DNA of 64,000 nt. It comes from an uncultured Christensenellaceae bacterium (GTDB lineage Bacteria; Bacillota; Clostridia; Christensenellales; Borkfalkiaceae). Positions 38,598 to 47,421 of this stretch are shown one piece after another (position 1 is the stretch's first letter; each line of letters begins with the position of its first letter). The notes under the pieces were generated by a model. That model did no database searches. It saw nothing but the letters and a program-made list of their open reading frames with translations, and was not told where the DNA came from. Location of the stretch: NCBI GenBank assembly GCA_910587625.1, contig CAJUMW010000002.1:86002-150001 (forward strand), in the 5' to 3' direction. Both the position numbers and the translations under genes were made by a program.

Positions 38598-38843
38598 ATG
38601 AAACTTCTCGAACAGATTTTAAACGAACTCGGTGCGGACACTTTAAAGTCGTTTACCGTCATACCCTCTTTCGGCGGATATTTTCAAAGCGTAAGAAGCA
38701 TTGCCGAGTATTCTCCCCAAAAAATTTTGCTTGTGCTCAAAAAAACCGTGGTTACTATCGAGGGGGAAAAGCTCGAAATAGGCAAATATTTCGAACAGGA
38801 CATATTTATAAAGGGTAACATTAAGGTGATTAACGTTGACTGA
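38598..38843 (+). CDS. yqfC: YabP-family sporulation protein (YqfC-like)
   Basis: 81 aa. ..IPSFGGYFQSVRSIAEYSPQKILL..VTIEGEKLEI......DIFIKGNI pattern. Conserved position upstream of yqfD-phoH. Confidence 0.78.
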   Translation: MKLLEQILNELGADTLKSFTVIPSFGGYFQSVRSIAEYSPQKILLVLKKTVVTIEGEKLEIGKYFEQDIFIKGNIKVINVD

Positions 38844-39726
38844 CCTTACTGTAATTTCAATTGTTTCTACGGCGGAAAACGCGCTAAACAGACTTAAAAA
38901 GGCGGAAGTAGCCGTTTTTAACTGCAAAAAAGAGAGTGCGGAATTTATATTTTCCATAAAAAGCAAAGATATTAAAAAAGTTTTTGCAATTTTCAATAAA
39001 CCGTGCTATAATATTAAAGTAAAAAAGCACGGATTATTTCGACGTATTTTGTCGTTTGCCGCACTCAGAGTCGGGCTATTGGTCGGCGCAATCGCGTTTG
39101 TTGCGCTTGCCGCCGTTTCCAACTCGTTTGTGTTAAAAATCGAAGTGAGCGGCAGCGGCAGTTATTTGGAGCCCGAGATACGGCGCATAGTTCTCGACGA
39201 AGGCGCGGCAGAGTTCAAAAGCTTTTCCGCCTTTAACGGCGCGACGGCTACGGGCAGAATCCTTGCCCTTCCTCAGGTTACTTACTGCAACATTTTAAAA
39301 AAGGGCAGCGTGCTTATTGTCGACGTGCAGGTTGACGAAGAGCACTACGCTTCGCAGGAAAAGGGCAGCCTTTTGAGCGATTGCGACGGGGTTGTTAAAA
39401 ATATAGTGGCGGTGTGCGGGACTCCGGCTGTAAACGTCGGGGACGCGGTAAAACGCGGAGACGCGCTTATTTACGCTCACACCGTTATAGGTGAAGAACA
39501 ACAAAGCTGCCTTGCGGTGGGATATGTCGAGATAGAGCTTTATCGCACCGTGGAATACTTTGCCGACGAGGATAACGAGCAGAACTTGAAGGAAGCTTAC
39601 GCTTCTTGCCTTATAGAAAACGAGCAGATAACCGAGCGCAAGCACACGGTAAAACCTACCGAGGGCGGAGTTATTTACGTTATAGAATTTACCTGTTTGC
39701 ACAAATTAAGTATCAATCTCAATTAA
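38836..39726 (+). CDS. yqfD: Sporulation protein YqfD-like
   Basis: 296 aa with a TTG start. An N-terminal domain, one TM (ILSFAALRVGLLVGAIAFVALAAV) and a C-terminal beta-rich domain. Synteny yqfC-yqfD-phoH. Confidence 0.68.
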   Translation: MTDLTVISIVSTAENALNRLKKAEVAVFNCKKESAEFIFSIKSKDIKKVFAIFNKPCYNIKVKKHGLFRRILSFAALRVGLLVGAIAFVALAAVSNSFVLKIEVSGSGSYLEPEIRRIVLDEGAAEFKSFSAFNGATATGRILALPQVTYCNILKKGSVLIVDVQVDEEHYASQEKGSLLSDCDGVVKNIVAVCGTPAVNVGDAVKRGDALIYAHTVIGEEQQSCLAVGYVEIELYRTVEYFADEDNEQNLKEAYASCLIENEQITERKHTVKPTEGGVIYVIEFTCLHKLSINLN

Positions 39727-39728
39727 TT

Positions 39729-40715
39729 ATGGATAAGAGCATAAGAAAAATAAATGCGGAAAGCGCCGATACATTGCAAAAGTTTTTAGGGACGTTCGAC
39801 GAGAACGTCAATTTGATTATGCAAGAGCTGGGCGTCATTGTGCGCGTGGACGGGGATAAAGTAGTTATAAGCGGCGCGGAGGACAAAGTAAACTGCGCCA
39901 CGTCTGTTACGGAAAGTTTATTGGAGCTTGCCGCCAAGGGTGAAAATATCGACAGGGGCAGGGTTGCGTACTGTATCGAGCTTGCCAAGGAGGGAAAGGC
40001 GCGCGACATAAACAAGCTGTCGTCGGGTGCGATTGCGATTACATCTCGCGGAAAGCCCATAAAGTGCAAGACCGTCGGGCAAAAGACTTACGTCGACGCA
40101 ATACGCAAAACAACCGTCACGTTCGGCATCGGCCCTGCCGGCACCGGTAAAACCTATCTTGCAGTCTGCCTTGCCGTACAGGCATATAAACAAAAGCAAG
40201 TCGATAAAATTATTTTAACCCGACCCGCGGTGGAGGCGGGGGAAAAGCTGGGTTTTCTTCCCGGAGATTTGCAGACGAAAGTCGACCCTTATCTTCGACC
40301 TCTCTACGACGCGCTCGAAGAAATGCTGGGTACGGAAACATATTTAAAGCTTATGGAGCGCGGCACTATCGAGGTTGCACCGCTTGCGTATATGCGCGGC
40401 AGAACGCTTTCAAATGCGTTTATAATTCTCGACGAGGCGCAGAACACCACGCGCGAACAGATGAAAATGTTTTTGACAAGGCTTGGGGATTCGAGTAAAA
40501 TGGTGGTGACGGGCGACGTTACGCAGATTGACTTGCCCGACGGCAAAAAAAGCGGACTTGAACATTCCGTTGCGGTATTGAAGGAAGTGGACGGAATTTC
40601 TGTAATTTACCTTACTGACAAAGACGTTGTGCGCAATCCCTTGGTTATGAGTATAGTCAGGGCGTACGAGGCGGACGCGTCGAGGAGGAGCAATGACAAA
40701 GATAAAAATGAGTAA
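39729..40715 (+). CDS. phoH: PhoH-family ATPase
   Basis: ATG at 39729. Walker A GPAGTGKTYLAV and ILDEAQN. Typical length of about 328 aa. Confidence 0.92.
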   Translation: MDKSIRKINAESADTLQKFLGTFDENVNLIMQELGVIVRVDGDKVVISGAEDKVNCATSVTESLLELAAKGENIDRGRVAYCIELAKEGKARDINKLSSGAIAITSRGKPIKCKTVGQKTYVDAIRKTTVTFGIGPAGTGKTYLAVCLAVQAYKQKQVDKIILTRPAVEAGEKLGFLPGDLQTKVDPYLRPLYDALEEMLGTETYLKLMERGTIEVAPLAYMRGRTLSNAFIILDEAQNTTREQMKMFLTRLGDSSKMVVTGDVTQIDLPDGKKSGLEHSVAVLKEVDGISVIYLTDKDVVRNPLVMSIVRAYEADASRRSNDKDKNE

Positions 40716-42156
40716 AAAAGAGATAGTTATAAGCGCGTTTATGTTTATATTTGCCTATGTCTTTTTGATGCTCTCTATGTTCTTAATGTTTTTTATAAAC
40801 AACGGCAATCAGGTTTTTGCGCTGTTTCAGGAGAGAGTGAACAACGTCATAACCGTGACGGTATCTTCGGCAATACTTACATTAGTCGTGTATTTCTATT
40901 TCTTTATAGAAAATAAAAACGTGCTTGCCAGACCCTCTAAGATAATAGAAATGTTCTTGTTGATGTACATTGCATTTATTATCTGCGGAACAATTGCAAA
41001 GTATATCGCGCCTACGGCGCGCCCGTTGCTTTTTTACTCGCTTATGACCGCAATGATATTGCGCCGCCGCGAGGCAATTTTTGTAAACAGCGTATTTGCG
41101 CTTATTCTCTTCATTTTCAACAGGCTATTGAACAGTGCGGATATCGTAAGTGGAGAAATTCAGCTAATAGAGAGCTTTTCGAGCCTTTTGACCGTATTTG
41201 CGGGCGGCGTCGTTGCGATATTTATGCTTAAAAACATAAAAACGCGCCTTGCTTGCGTTCTTATTGGCGTGGTGCTGTTTATTCCCACCGTGCTCATAAA
41301 CGTGGTTATGCAGCTTACGATTATCAGCGGAGACGTGGGCTTCGAGGTCATCGAAGTGTTCCTGTACAGCGCGTTCGACTGTATGTTCTCGGTGTTGCTG
41401 TTTATGGCTATTTTGCCGATAGTGGAGGCGGTGTTCGGGGAATTTACTCCGTTCAGACTGCGCGAGTTGACTTCCGACGGAGCAAAGCTCATATCAAAAA
41501 TGAAGCAAAACGCGCTTGGTACTTACAATCATTGCATAGTGGTGGCTCAGCTTGCCGAAGCTTGCGCTTCCGCAATAGGAGAGGATTCCGAGCTTGCAAG
41601 GGCGGCCGCGTACTATCACGACGTCGGTAAGCTCAAAAACCCCGAAATGTTTACCGAAAACCAAAGCGAGTTCGACCTGCATAAAGAGCTTACTCCCGAG
41701 CTTTCGGTGGATATAATTCGCTCGCACACCCGCGAGGGGGCAAAGCTTATAAAAAAGAACAGGTTGCCCGAGTTTTTCGCGGATATAGCCGTCGAGCATC
41801 ACGGCACTATGCCAATTAAATATTTCTATGCAAAGGCGCTTAAAATGAGCGACGGTGAGTTGAACGTAGCTAACTATTCATACCCCGGTCCCACCCCGAC
41901 AACAAAAATTGCGGCTATAATTATGATAGCGGACGCGTCGGAGGCTGCGTGCCGTTCGCTTCGCGACCGCTCTCCCGAAAACGTCGCTGCGCTTGTGGGA
42001 AATATAGTTGAAGAGCGTATGAATATGGAACAGTTTTCCAACTGTGAAATTACAATGCGCGAGCTTACGCTTATCACTCGCACGGTAATCAATCAGCTTG
42101 CCGGAGTATATCATTCGAGGGTCAAATATCCCAAGCTTCAGCTTTCACGCAAATAG
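40693..42156 (+). CDS. 7TM-receptor HD-domain phosphohydrolase (YqfF/PgpH-like), short form without the large extracellular domain
   Basis: GAGGAGG precedes the ATG at 40693. Seven hydrophobic helices, then the HD domain (NHCIVVAQLAE..AAYYHDVGK..HHG). Confidence 0.85.
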   Translation: MTKIKMSKKEIVISAFMFIFAYVFLMLSMFLMFFINNGNQVFALFQERVNNVITVTVSSAILTLVVYFYFFIENKNVLARPSKIIEMFLLMYIAFIICGTIAKYIAPTARPLLFYSLMTAMILRRREAIFVNSVFALILFIFNRLLNSADIVSGEIQLIESFSSLLTVFAGGVVAIFMLKNIKTRLACVLIGVVLFIPTVLINVVMQLTIISGDVGFEVIEVFLYSAFDCMFSVLLFMAILPIVEAVFGEFTPFRLRELTSDGAKLISKMKQNALGTYNHCIVVAQLAEACASAIGEDSELARAAAYYHDVGKLKNPEMFTENQSEFDLHKELTPELSVDIIRSHTREGAKLIKKNRLPEFFADIAVEHHGTMPIKYFYAKALKMSDGELNVANYSYPGPTPTTKIAAIIMIADASEAACRSLRDRSPENVAALVGNIVEERMNMEQFSNCEITMRELTLITRTVINQLAGVYHSRVKYPKLQLSRK

Positions 42157-42166
42157 GGGGAGATAT

Positions 42167-42628
42167 ATGTTATACGTCTATTGCGACGAGTACGATTTTT
42201 CAAAACTTTCTCAAGTTTTCGAGGGAGAGTATCTAAGCAACTGTGATTTGGCTGCGGAGGTTGTGTTTGTCGACGAGCAAGAGATACGCCGCTTGAACCG
42301 CGAAATGCGCGGCGTTGACGCCGTTACCGACGTGCTTAGTTTTCCTTCAATCGAGCATATCAGGGGGGTAACGCTGAATATCGAGGACTTTCCCACCGAA
42401 ATCGACGAGGAGGACAACCTGTTTTTGGGCAGCATAGCCATATGTGTAAAACGCGCAAAAGAGCAGGCGGAAGAGTACGGGCACAGTTACTTGCGCGAGC
42501 TGTATTACCTTGTAACGCACGGGCTTTTTCATCTTTTGGGCTACGACCATATGACTGATAGCGACAAAGCCGAGATGCGTGAAAGGGAAGAGCGTGTTCT
42601 GGAAAAATTGGCGTTATCGCGCGACTAA
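42167..42628 (+). CDS. ybeY: rRNA maturation endoribonuclease YbeY
   Basis: ATG at 42167. Zinc motif HGLFHLLGYDH. Confidence 0.9.
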   Translation: MLYVYCDEYDFSKLSQVFEGEYLSNCDLAAEVVFVDEQEIRRLNREMRGVDAVTDVLSFPSIEHIRGVTLNIEDFPTEIDEEDNLFLGSIAICVKRAKEQAEEYGHSYLRELYYLVTHGLFHLLGYDHMTDSDKAEMREREERVLEKLALSRD

Positions 42629-42666
42629 AATAACTGTAATTAAGGCATATATAGGGGTCAATCAGT

Positions 42667-43545
42667 ATGAAAAGCGGATTTATAGGTGTAATAGGCAGGG
42701 CTAACGCAGGCAAAAGCACGCTGGTAAACGTACTTGTCGGGGAAAAGGTTGCCATAGTTTCACCTAAGCCACAGACGACGCGCCACTCGATAATGGGCGT
42801 TTTAAATAAAGATGAGTATCAGCTTGTATTCGTCGACACTCCAGGTATCTATAAAAGCGCAAACTATCTTACCGATATGATGATGAAAGCGACTGACGAC
42901 ACCGCAAAGGACGTGGATTTTATTTTGTACGTTCACGACGGACACAACGGTATTTCGGAAAACGATTTGCAGCTTATGAAACGCTATTCGTCGGGGCATA
43001 TACCCATGGCAATCGCCTATACGAAGATAGATATTATGCCCAAAGAGGCAATTGCCGAAGACGCTAAAAAGCTGTATGAAGCCTCAATCGATTGCGACGT
43101 TTTTCCCGTTTCGGCACGAAAATATCAAAATATAAAAAAGCTTGAAGCTTATCTCGCGGAAAAAATGCCCGAAGGGCACAGAGTAATTTCCGAGGACATT
43201 GTTTCCGACAAAAGCGAAAAGTTTATGATTGCCGAAATAATGCGCGAAAAAATATTGCTTAAATTCGACGAGGAAATACCGCACGGCATAGCTATAGTTG
43301 TAAACGCATTCGAGCGCAAGGACAACGGCACATACGATATAAACCTCGATATTATCTGCGAAAAAGCCAATCATAAAGCAATTCTTATCGGCAAGCAGGG
43401 CAGAGCCATTAAGGAAGTTTCCGGCTTTGCGCGCGAGGGAATGGAAAAGTTTTTGGGCGCGAAGGTATTTTTGACTACATACGTCCGCGTTGAAGAGGAT
43501 TGGCGCAACAGACCGGGGCTTATAAAGGACGTATTTATAAGTTAA
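42667..43545 (+). CDS. era: GTPase Era
   Basis: G1 motif GRANAGKSTL, G3 motif DTPG, G4 motif TKID, C-terminal KH domain. 292 aa. Confidence 0.93.
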   Translation: MKSGFIGVIGRANAGKSTLVNVLVGEKVAIVSPKPQTTRHSIMGVLNKDEYQLVFVDTPGIYKSANYLTDMMMKATDDTAKDVDFILYVHDGHNGISENDLQLMKRYSSGHIPMAIAYTKIDIMPKEAIAEDAKKLYEASIDCDVFPVSARKYQNIKKLEAYLAEKMPEGHRVISEDIVSDKSEKFMIAEIMREKILLKFDEEIPHGIAIVVNAFERKDNGTYDINLDIICEKANHKAILIGKQGRAIKEVSGFAREGMEKFLGAKVFLTTYVRVEEDWRNRPGLIKDVFIS

Positions 43546-43593
43546 AGGTATAATTTTCTTAAACGTACGCACCTTATTTGTAAGAGGTGTAAA

Positions 43594-43695
43594 ATGAAAA
43601 AGGACAAAGACGCAGCCGAGCTTGCCTGGAAAATGTTTGAAAAAACGGGCAACGTGAGCTATTATATGCTGTATAAAAATCTTACCGAAAGATAA
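43594..43695 (+). CDS. YqzL-like small protein (unlisted 33-codon ORF between era and recO)
   Basis: The ATG at 43594 is preceded by TAAGAGGTG. It encodes MKKDKDAAELAWKMFEKTGNVSYYMLYKNLTER. The W..F..TG....Y pattern and the era-recO position match the Bacillus YqzL family. Confidence 0.6.
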   Translation: MKKDKDAAELAWKMFEKTGNVSYYMLYKNLTER

Positions 43696-43706
43696 ATCAA
43701 ACGTTT

Positions 43707-44429
43707 ATGGATATTAAAGTAAACGCGCTTGTTTTGCGAGCGACGGACTACAATGAAAACGATAAAATTCTGACGCTTTTGACAGCCGAAAACGGAAAAA
43801 TTTCCGCAGGTATAAAGGGCGTAAAAAAGCCTAACGCCAAGCTAAGGTTCGCGGCGCAGCCATTTTGCTTTGCCGAGTACGTTCTTGCAAAGCGCGGAGA
43901 AAAATATACGGTAATAAACTGTTCAGAGTGCGAGAGCTTTTACGATTTAAGGACGGATATCGACAAATTTTATGCGGCAAGCGCGGTTGTCGAGGCGGCT
44001 TCGGCGCTTACTTTCGAGGGCGGAGAATGCGCCGAAATTTTTTACGACTGTATAAAGACGCTTACAAATATGTGTTTAAGCGACGAGAGAGCGCTGCTTT
44101 TGCAATTTCTTATAGGCGCGCTTGAAAAGTCGGGCTATGCTATTTCTCTCGGTGACTGTCGGGTCTGCGGCAAGTCCTTGTGCCGTGAGGAAAAAGTAAG
44201 GTTTGAAATGGATTCGGGCACGTTTACATGCTTTGATTGCGGCAAGGGGGCGGGAGTAAGCCGAGTTACCTACAACGTTTTGAGAAAGCTTAAAAACAAG
44301 AGTTTCGAGCGCGAGTTTATAACGCCAGACGGGGAAATGCGTGCTTTGAAGTTAATAAAAGAGTACTTTTATTATAAGACCGAAAACCCCGTAAAAAGTC
44401 TTTTGGAATACATAAAAATAAAACAATAA
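43707..44429 (+). CDS. recO: DNA repair protein RecO
   Basis: 240 aa. N-terminal OB fold (ALVLRATDYNENDKILTLLT), zinc motif C..C...C..C, and synteny after era. Confidence 0.88.
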   Translation: MDIKVNALVLRATDYNENDKILTLLTAENGKISAGIKGVKKPNAKLRFAAQPFCFAEYVLAKRGEKYTVINCSECESFYDLRTDIDKFYAASAVVEAASALTFEGGECAEIFYDCIKTLTNMCLSDERALLLQFLIGALEKSGYAISLGDCRVCGKSLCREEKVRFEMDSGTFTCFDCGKGAGVSRVTYNVLRKLKNKSFEREFITPDGEMRALKLIKEYFYYKTENPVKSLLEYIKIKQ

Positions 44430-44434
44430 TTCAA

Positions 44435-44475
44435 CACAGCGGCTCGGACAACTTATCGTTGTCCGAGCCGCTGTG
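44435..44475 (+). terminator. Strong hairpin after recO (terminator candidate without a clear T-run)
   Basis: CACAGCGGCTCGGACAAC-ttatc-GTTGTCCGAGCCGCTGTG, an 18-bp perfect stem. Confidence 0.6.
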
Positions 44476-44536
44476 TAATATCGCGTAATTTTCCTATTTA
44501 AAGTGAAAATTTCGTGAAATAATTTTTTTAAAACTA

Positions 44537-44565
44537 TTGCTATTTACACTATTATATGTTATAAT
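44537..44565 (+). promoter_or_regulatory. Sigma-A-type promoter candidate for the Hsp70/GTPase operon
   Basis: TTGCTA (44537-44542), 17 nt, TGtTATAAT extended -10 (44557-44565). Confidence 0.5.
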
Positions 44566-44619
44566 CAAAAAGAATTTGTGTACAAACAGGTTGTACAAAA
44601 AAATGATAAGGAGAACAGT

Positions 44620-45636
44620 GTGGCGGAAGAAATTAAGGTTATAGGCGTTACCGTCGAAAACGTAAATTACGACGAGTTTAAGGCAACGCTCGACAGATAT
44701 TACGACAAATTTGCCAGACTTATAAAGACCTATAAGGCAAAGGACGACACTATAGCAAAGCTCAGCGACGAGGTTACGAAATACAGGGGCGGATTTGCGC
44801 TTTCTATTGTAAAACCGCTTTGCGTTTCGCTTATATCGCTTAGGGAGGATTGCCGCAAGACGCTTGCAAATATCGAAAAATATTGCAAGGACGTCGAAAG
44901 CGTAGTCAGGTATTCGGACTATCTTTTATCCGACGTGGACGAGTTTATGTCAACTTACGGTCTTATTTACGGAGAGGACGGGTTTATTTTGAACGGAAAA
45001 AAGCTTAGCGACTGCGTGTCGAGAAAAGCCGCGTCCGTTTGCGACGAAGAGCAAAATTGCGAAAGTATCGAAAGCAATAGCGAAAACGTCGACGAAGGAG
45101 AGCAGAGCGAAGCGTGCGGCAAGGAGAGTTATTCGTTCAATACGCTTCTTTCCGAAATAGATTACGGACGGGAAAGGATGGAACAGCTTTTAACGGATTG
45201 TGCAAAAGCCGACGAAAATCTCGACCGTTACGTCAAGCTTGCGGCGTCTATCGAGGAGAACTATACCGACGCTATGCTGTTGCCGCTTTACAGGGAAATA
45301 GCTAATTTTTACGAAAAGCTGAAAGACAACGTCGAAGATGTCAAACAGAGGATAAACGAGGGCAATCTCGTACAGAGTTATTCCTCCTCGGTTAGCCTTG
45401 TAATAGACGAAACCTGGAAGCTGCTTATAATGGCAGGCGTTACAGTGGAGCACGACATATCCGACAGTTACGATATGCGCACCAACAAGATAGTCAAAAT
45501 TGTAAATTGCGACGATGAAAAACTTGATAGAACGGTTGCCGTAAGGCATACCGACTGTTACCTTTTCGACGGAAAAATTTTGTATCCCTCGAAAGTAGAC
45601 GTATATAAATACGTCCCCAAAAAAGTTGAAGAATAA
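44620..45636 (+). CDS. GrpE-like nucleotide-exchange-factor homologue (divergent, extended coiled-coil region)
   Basis: The C-terminal end aligns by eye with the GrpE beta-domain (LLIMAGVTVEHDISDSYDMRTNKIVKIV..RTVAVRHTDCYLFDGKILYPSKVDVYK vs GrpE GVE.I...G..FDP..H.A.......V..V...GY.L.GR.LR.A.V.V.K). The GTG at 44620 has AAGGAGA upstream. An alternative GTG lies at 44578. Confidence 0.65.
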   Translation: MAEEIKVIGVTVENVNYDEFKATLDRYYDKFARLIKTYKAKDDTIAKLSDEVTKYRGGFALSIVKPLCVSLISLREDCRKTLANIEKYCKDVESVVRYSDYLLSDVDEFMSTYGLIYGEDGFILNGKKLSDCVSRKAASVCDEEQNCESIESNSENVDEGEQSEACGKESYSFNTLLSEIDYGRERMEQLLTDCAKADENLDRYVKLAASIEENYTDAMLLPLYREIANFYEKLKDNVEDVKQRINEGNLVQSYSSSVSLVIDETWKLLIMAGVTVEHDISDSYDMRTNKIVKIVNCDDEKLDRTVAVRHTDCYLFDGKILYPSKVDVYKYVPKKVEE

Positions 45637-45669
45637 AAAATATTAAATAAAAAAGAGGAGAAAATCACA

Positions 45670-47328
45670 ATGGGTAAAAAAGTAGGTATAGACTTAGGTA
45701 CGACGTATTCAGTCGTAAGCTATGTTGACGAAACGGGCACAATCGTCAATATCGAGAGCGAAGAGGGAGAAAAGACCACCCCTTCGGTAGTATATTTCGA
45801 CCCCGACGGGCAGACCGCAGTTGTCGGAACGAGAGCGAGAGAGGCAGGTGCTTTGAACCCCGAGTTCCTTGTAGAGCGCGTAAAACAGTTTATGGACGAC
45901 CCCGATTACCAGCTTGAAATGCACGGCACTACATACTCGGCAAGCGCGGTTTCGTCTATTATTCTTAAAAAACTTATAACCGACGCCGAAAATGCGCTCG
46001 GCGGAGAGGAGATTGACGGCGCGGTTATTACCTGCCCCGCATACTTCGGTGACGTTGCCAAGGACGCAACGAGAAAAGCCGGAGAAAACGTAATTCTTTC
46101 CAACGGCAAAAAACTCAACGTTATGCGTATAATCGACGAGCCTACCGCAGCTGCGATAGCTTACGGTAACTCGCGCAGGGAGGACATGCACAAGACAGTT
46201 CTTATTTACGACCTCGGCGGCGGTACTTTCGACTGTACCGTAATGAAGCTCGACTTCGAGGGCACTAAGAAGGAATACAGAGTAATTACCACCAACGGCA
46301 ACCACAAGCTCGGCGGTAAAAACTGGGACGATACTCTTGCCGAATACGTTATGAGCGAGTTCTGCAACGCTACGGGCTGCGATATCGAGCTTATGCGTCA
46401 GGACTTCGAGGTCAAGGCTTGGTTTTCCGAAAACGTTGAAAAGGCTAAAAAACAGCTCACAAAAATGTCCAAAACAACGCTTACGCCCAGCTTTGACGGA
46501 CAAAAATACAGGGTTGAAATCGAGCGCACTCTTTTCGACGAAATTACCGACGGTCTTTTCAACGAAACTATTACGCTTATAAATCAGATGATGGATCAGG
46601 CAAACTTAAACTTTGCAACAGATATCGACGAAATTATACTTATCGGCGGTTCCACGCGTATGCCTCAGGTTGAAGAAAAGCTTACCGCCATTTACAATAA
46701 GCCCATTATGCAGTACGACCCCGACAAGGCTGTTTCAAACGGCGCGGCGTTGGTTGCAAGCGGTATGGACGCAGGCAATTCATCTTACGACCATGCCGAC
46801 AGTTCGGTGCCCTCAACCCCCGGAAAACCTTCTAACCTCGAACCTACCGAGTTTACGGATAAAGATGGTAATGAAGGATGTATTTTCGAGGTCTGCACCA
46901 AGTCGTATTGTCTGAGATATTACAGCGGCGGACAGGAAACTTATGTCAACCTTATAAAGAAGGACACCCCCAAGCCTGCAACGGGAACAACTGCTTTCCT
47001 TTTGCCCGGGCTTGTGATAGGCGGCGGTGACGGAAGCGGAATGACAAGCGAAATAGGCTTGCTTATTATGGAAAACGATTATAACGGCGACGAAGTAAGC
47101 CGCGACCAGTGCGTTGAAATTTACGAGGAAACTCCCCTTAAATTCGATACGCCCATTCCTTCGGATACAAAGGTTTCGGTCGAACTTTACGTCGACATTT
47201 CGGGTACGCTTACCCTTATTCTCACCGAAACGGACACGGGCAGAACGCATAAGCTCTATCCCGAGCGTATCGGCGGAGGAAATATAGGCAACGGTATGGA
47301 CGCAGCTGCAAAAATTACGCTGGGTTAA
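45670..47328 (+). CDS. Hsp70-family ATPase paralogue 1 (NBD plus SBD-beta-like region, no helical lid)
   Basis: GIDLGTTYS (phosphate-1), IYDLGGGTFDCTV (phosphate-2), IILIGGSTRMPQV (adenosine). 552 aa. The C-terminal beta-rich segment ends VDISGTLTLILTETDTGR. Confidence 0.88.
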   Translation: MGKKVGIDLGTTYSVVSYVDETGTIVNIESEEGEKTTPSVVYFDPDGQTAVVGTRAREAGALNPEFLVERVKQFMDDPDYQLEMHGTTYSASAVSSIILKKLITDAENALGGEEIDGAVITCPAYFGDVAKDATRKAGENVILSNGKKLNVMRIIDEPTAAAIAYGNSRREDMHKTVLIYDLGGGTFDCTVMKLDFEGTKKEYRVITTNGNHKLGGKNWDDTLAEYVMSEFCNATGCDIELMRQDFEVKAWFSENVEKAKKQLTKMSKTTLTPSFDGQKYRVEIERTLFDEITDGLFNETITLINQMMDQANLNFATDIDEIILIGGSTRMPQVEEKLTAIYNKPIMQYDPDKAVSNGAALVASGMDAGNSSYDHADSSVPSTPGKPSNLEPTEFTDKDGNEGCIFEVCTKSYCLRYYSGGQETYVNLIKKDTPKPATGTTAFLLPGLVIGGGDGSGMTSEIGLLIMENDYNGDEVSRDQCVEIYEETPLKFDTPIPSDTKVSVELYVDISGTLTLILTETDTGRTHKLYPERIGGGNIGNGMDAAAKITLG

Positions 47329-47353
47329 TAATTTAAGGTATAAAAGTTAAAAT

Positions 47354-47384
47354 TCCGCCGACGCCCGTTTACGACGTCGGCGGA
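47354..47384 (+). other. Intercistronic GC-rich hairpin between the two Hsp70 genes
   Basis: TCCGCCGACG-cccgtttacga-CGTCGGCGGA, a 10-bp stem with no T-run after it. Confidence 0.5.
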
Positions 47385-47421
47385 TAAGCCTATTTTAAAG
47401 TTAAATATAGCGAGAGTAAAT

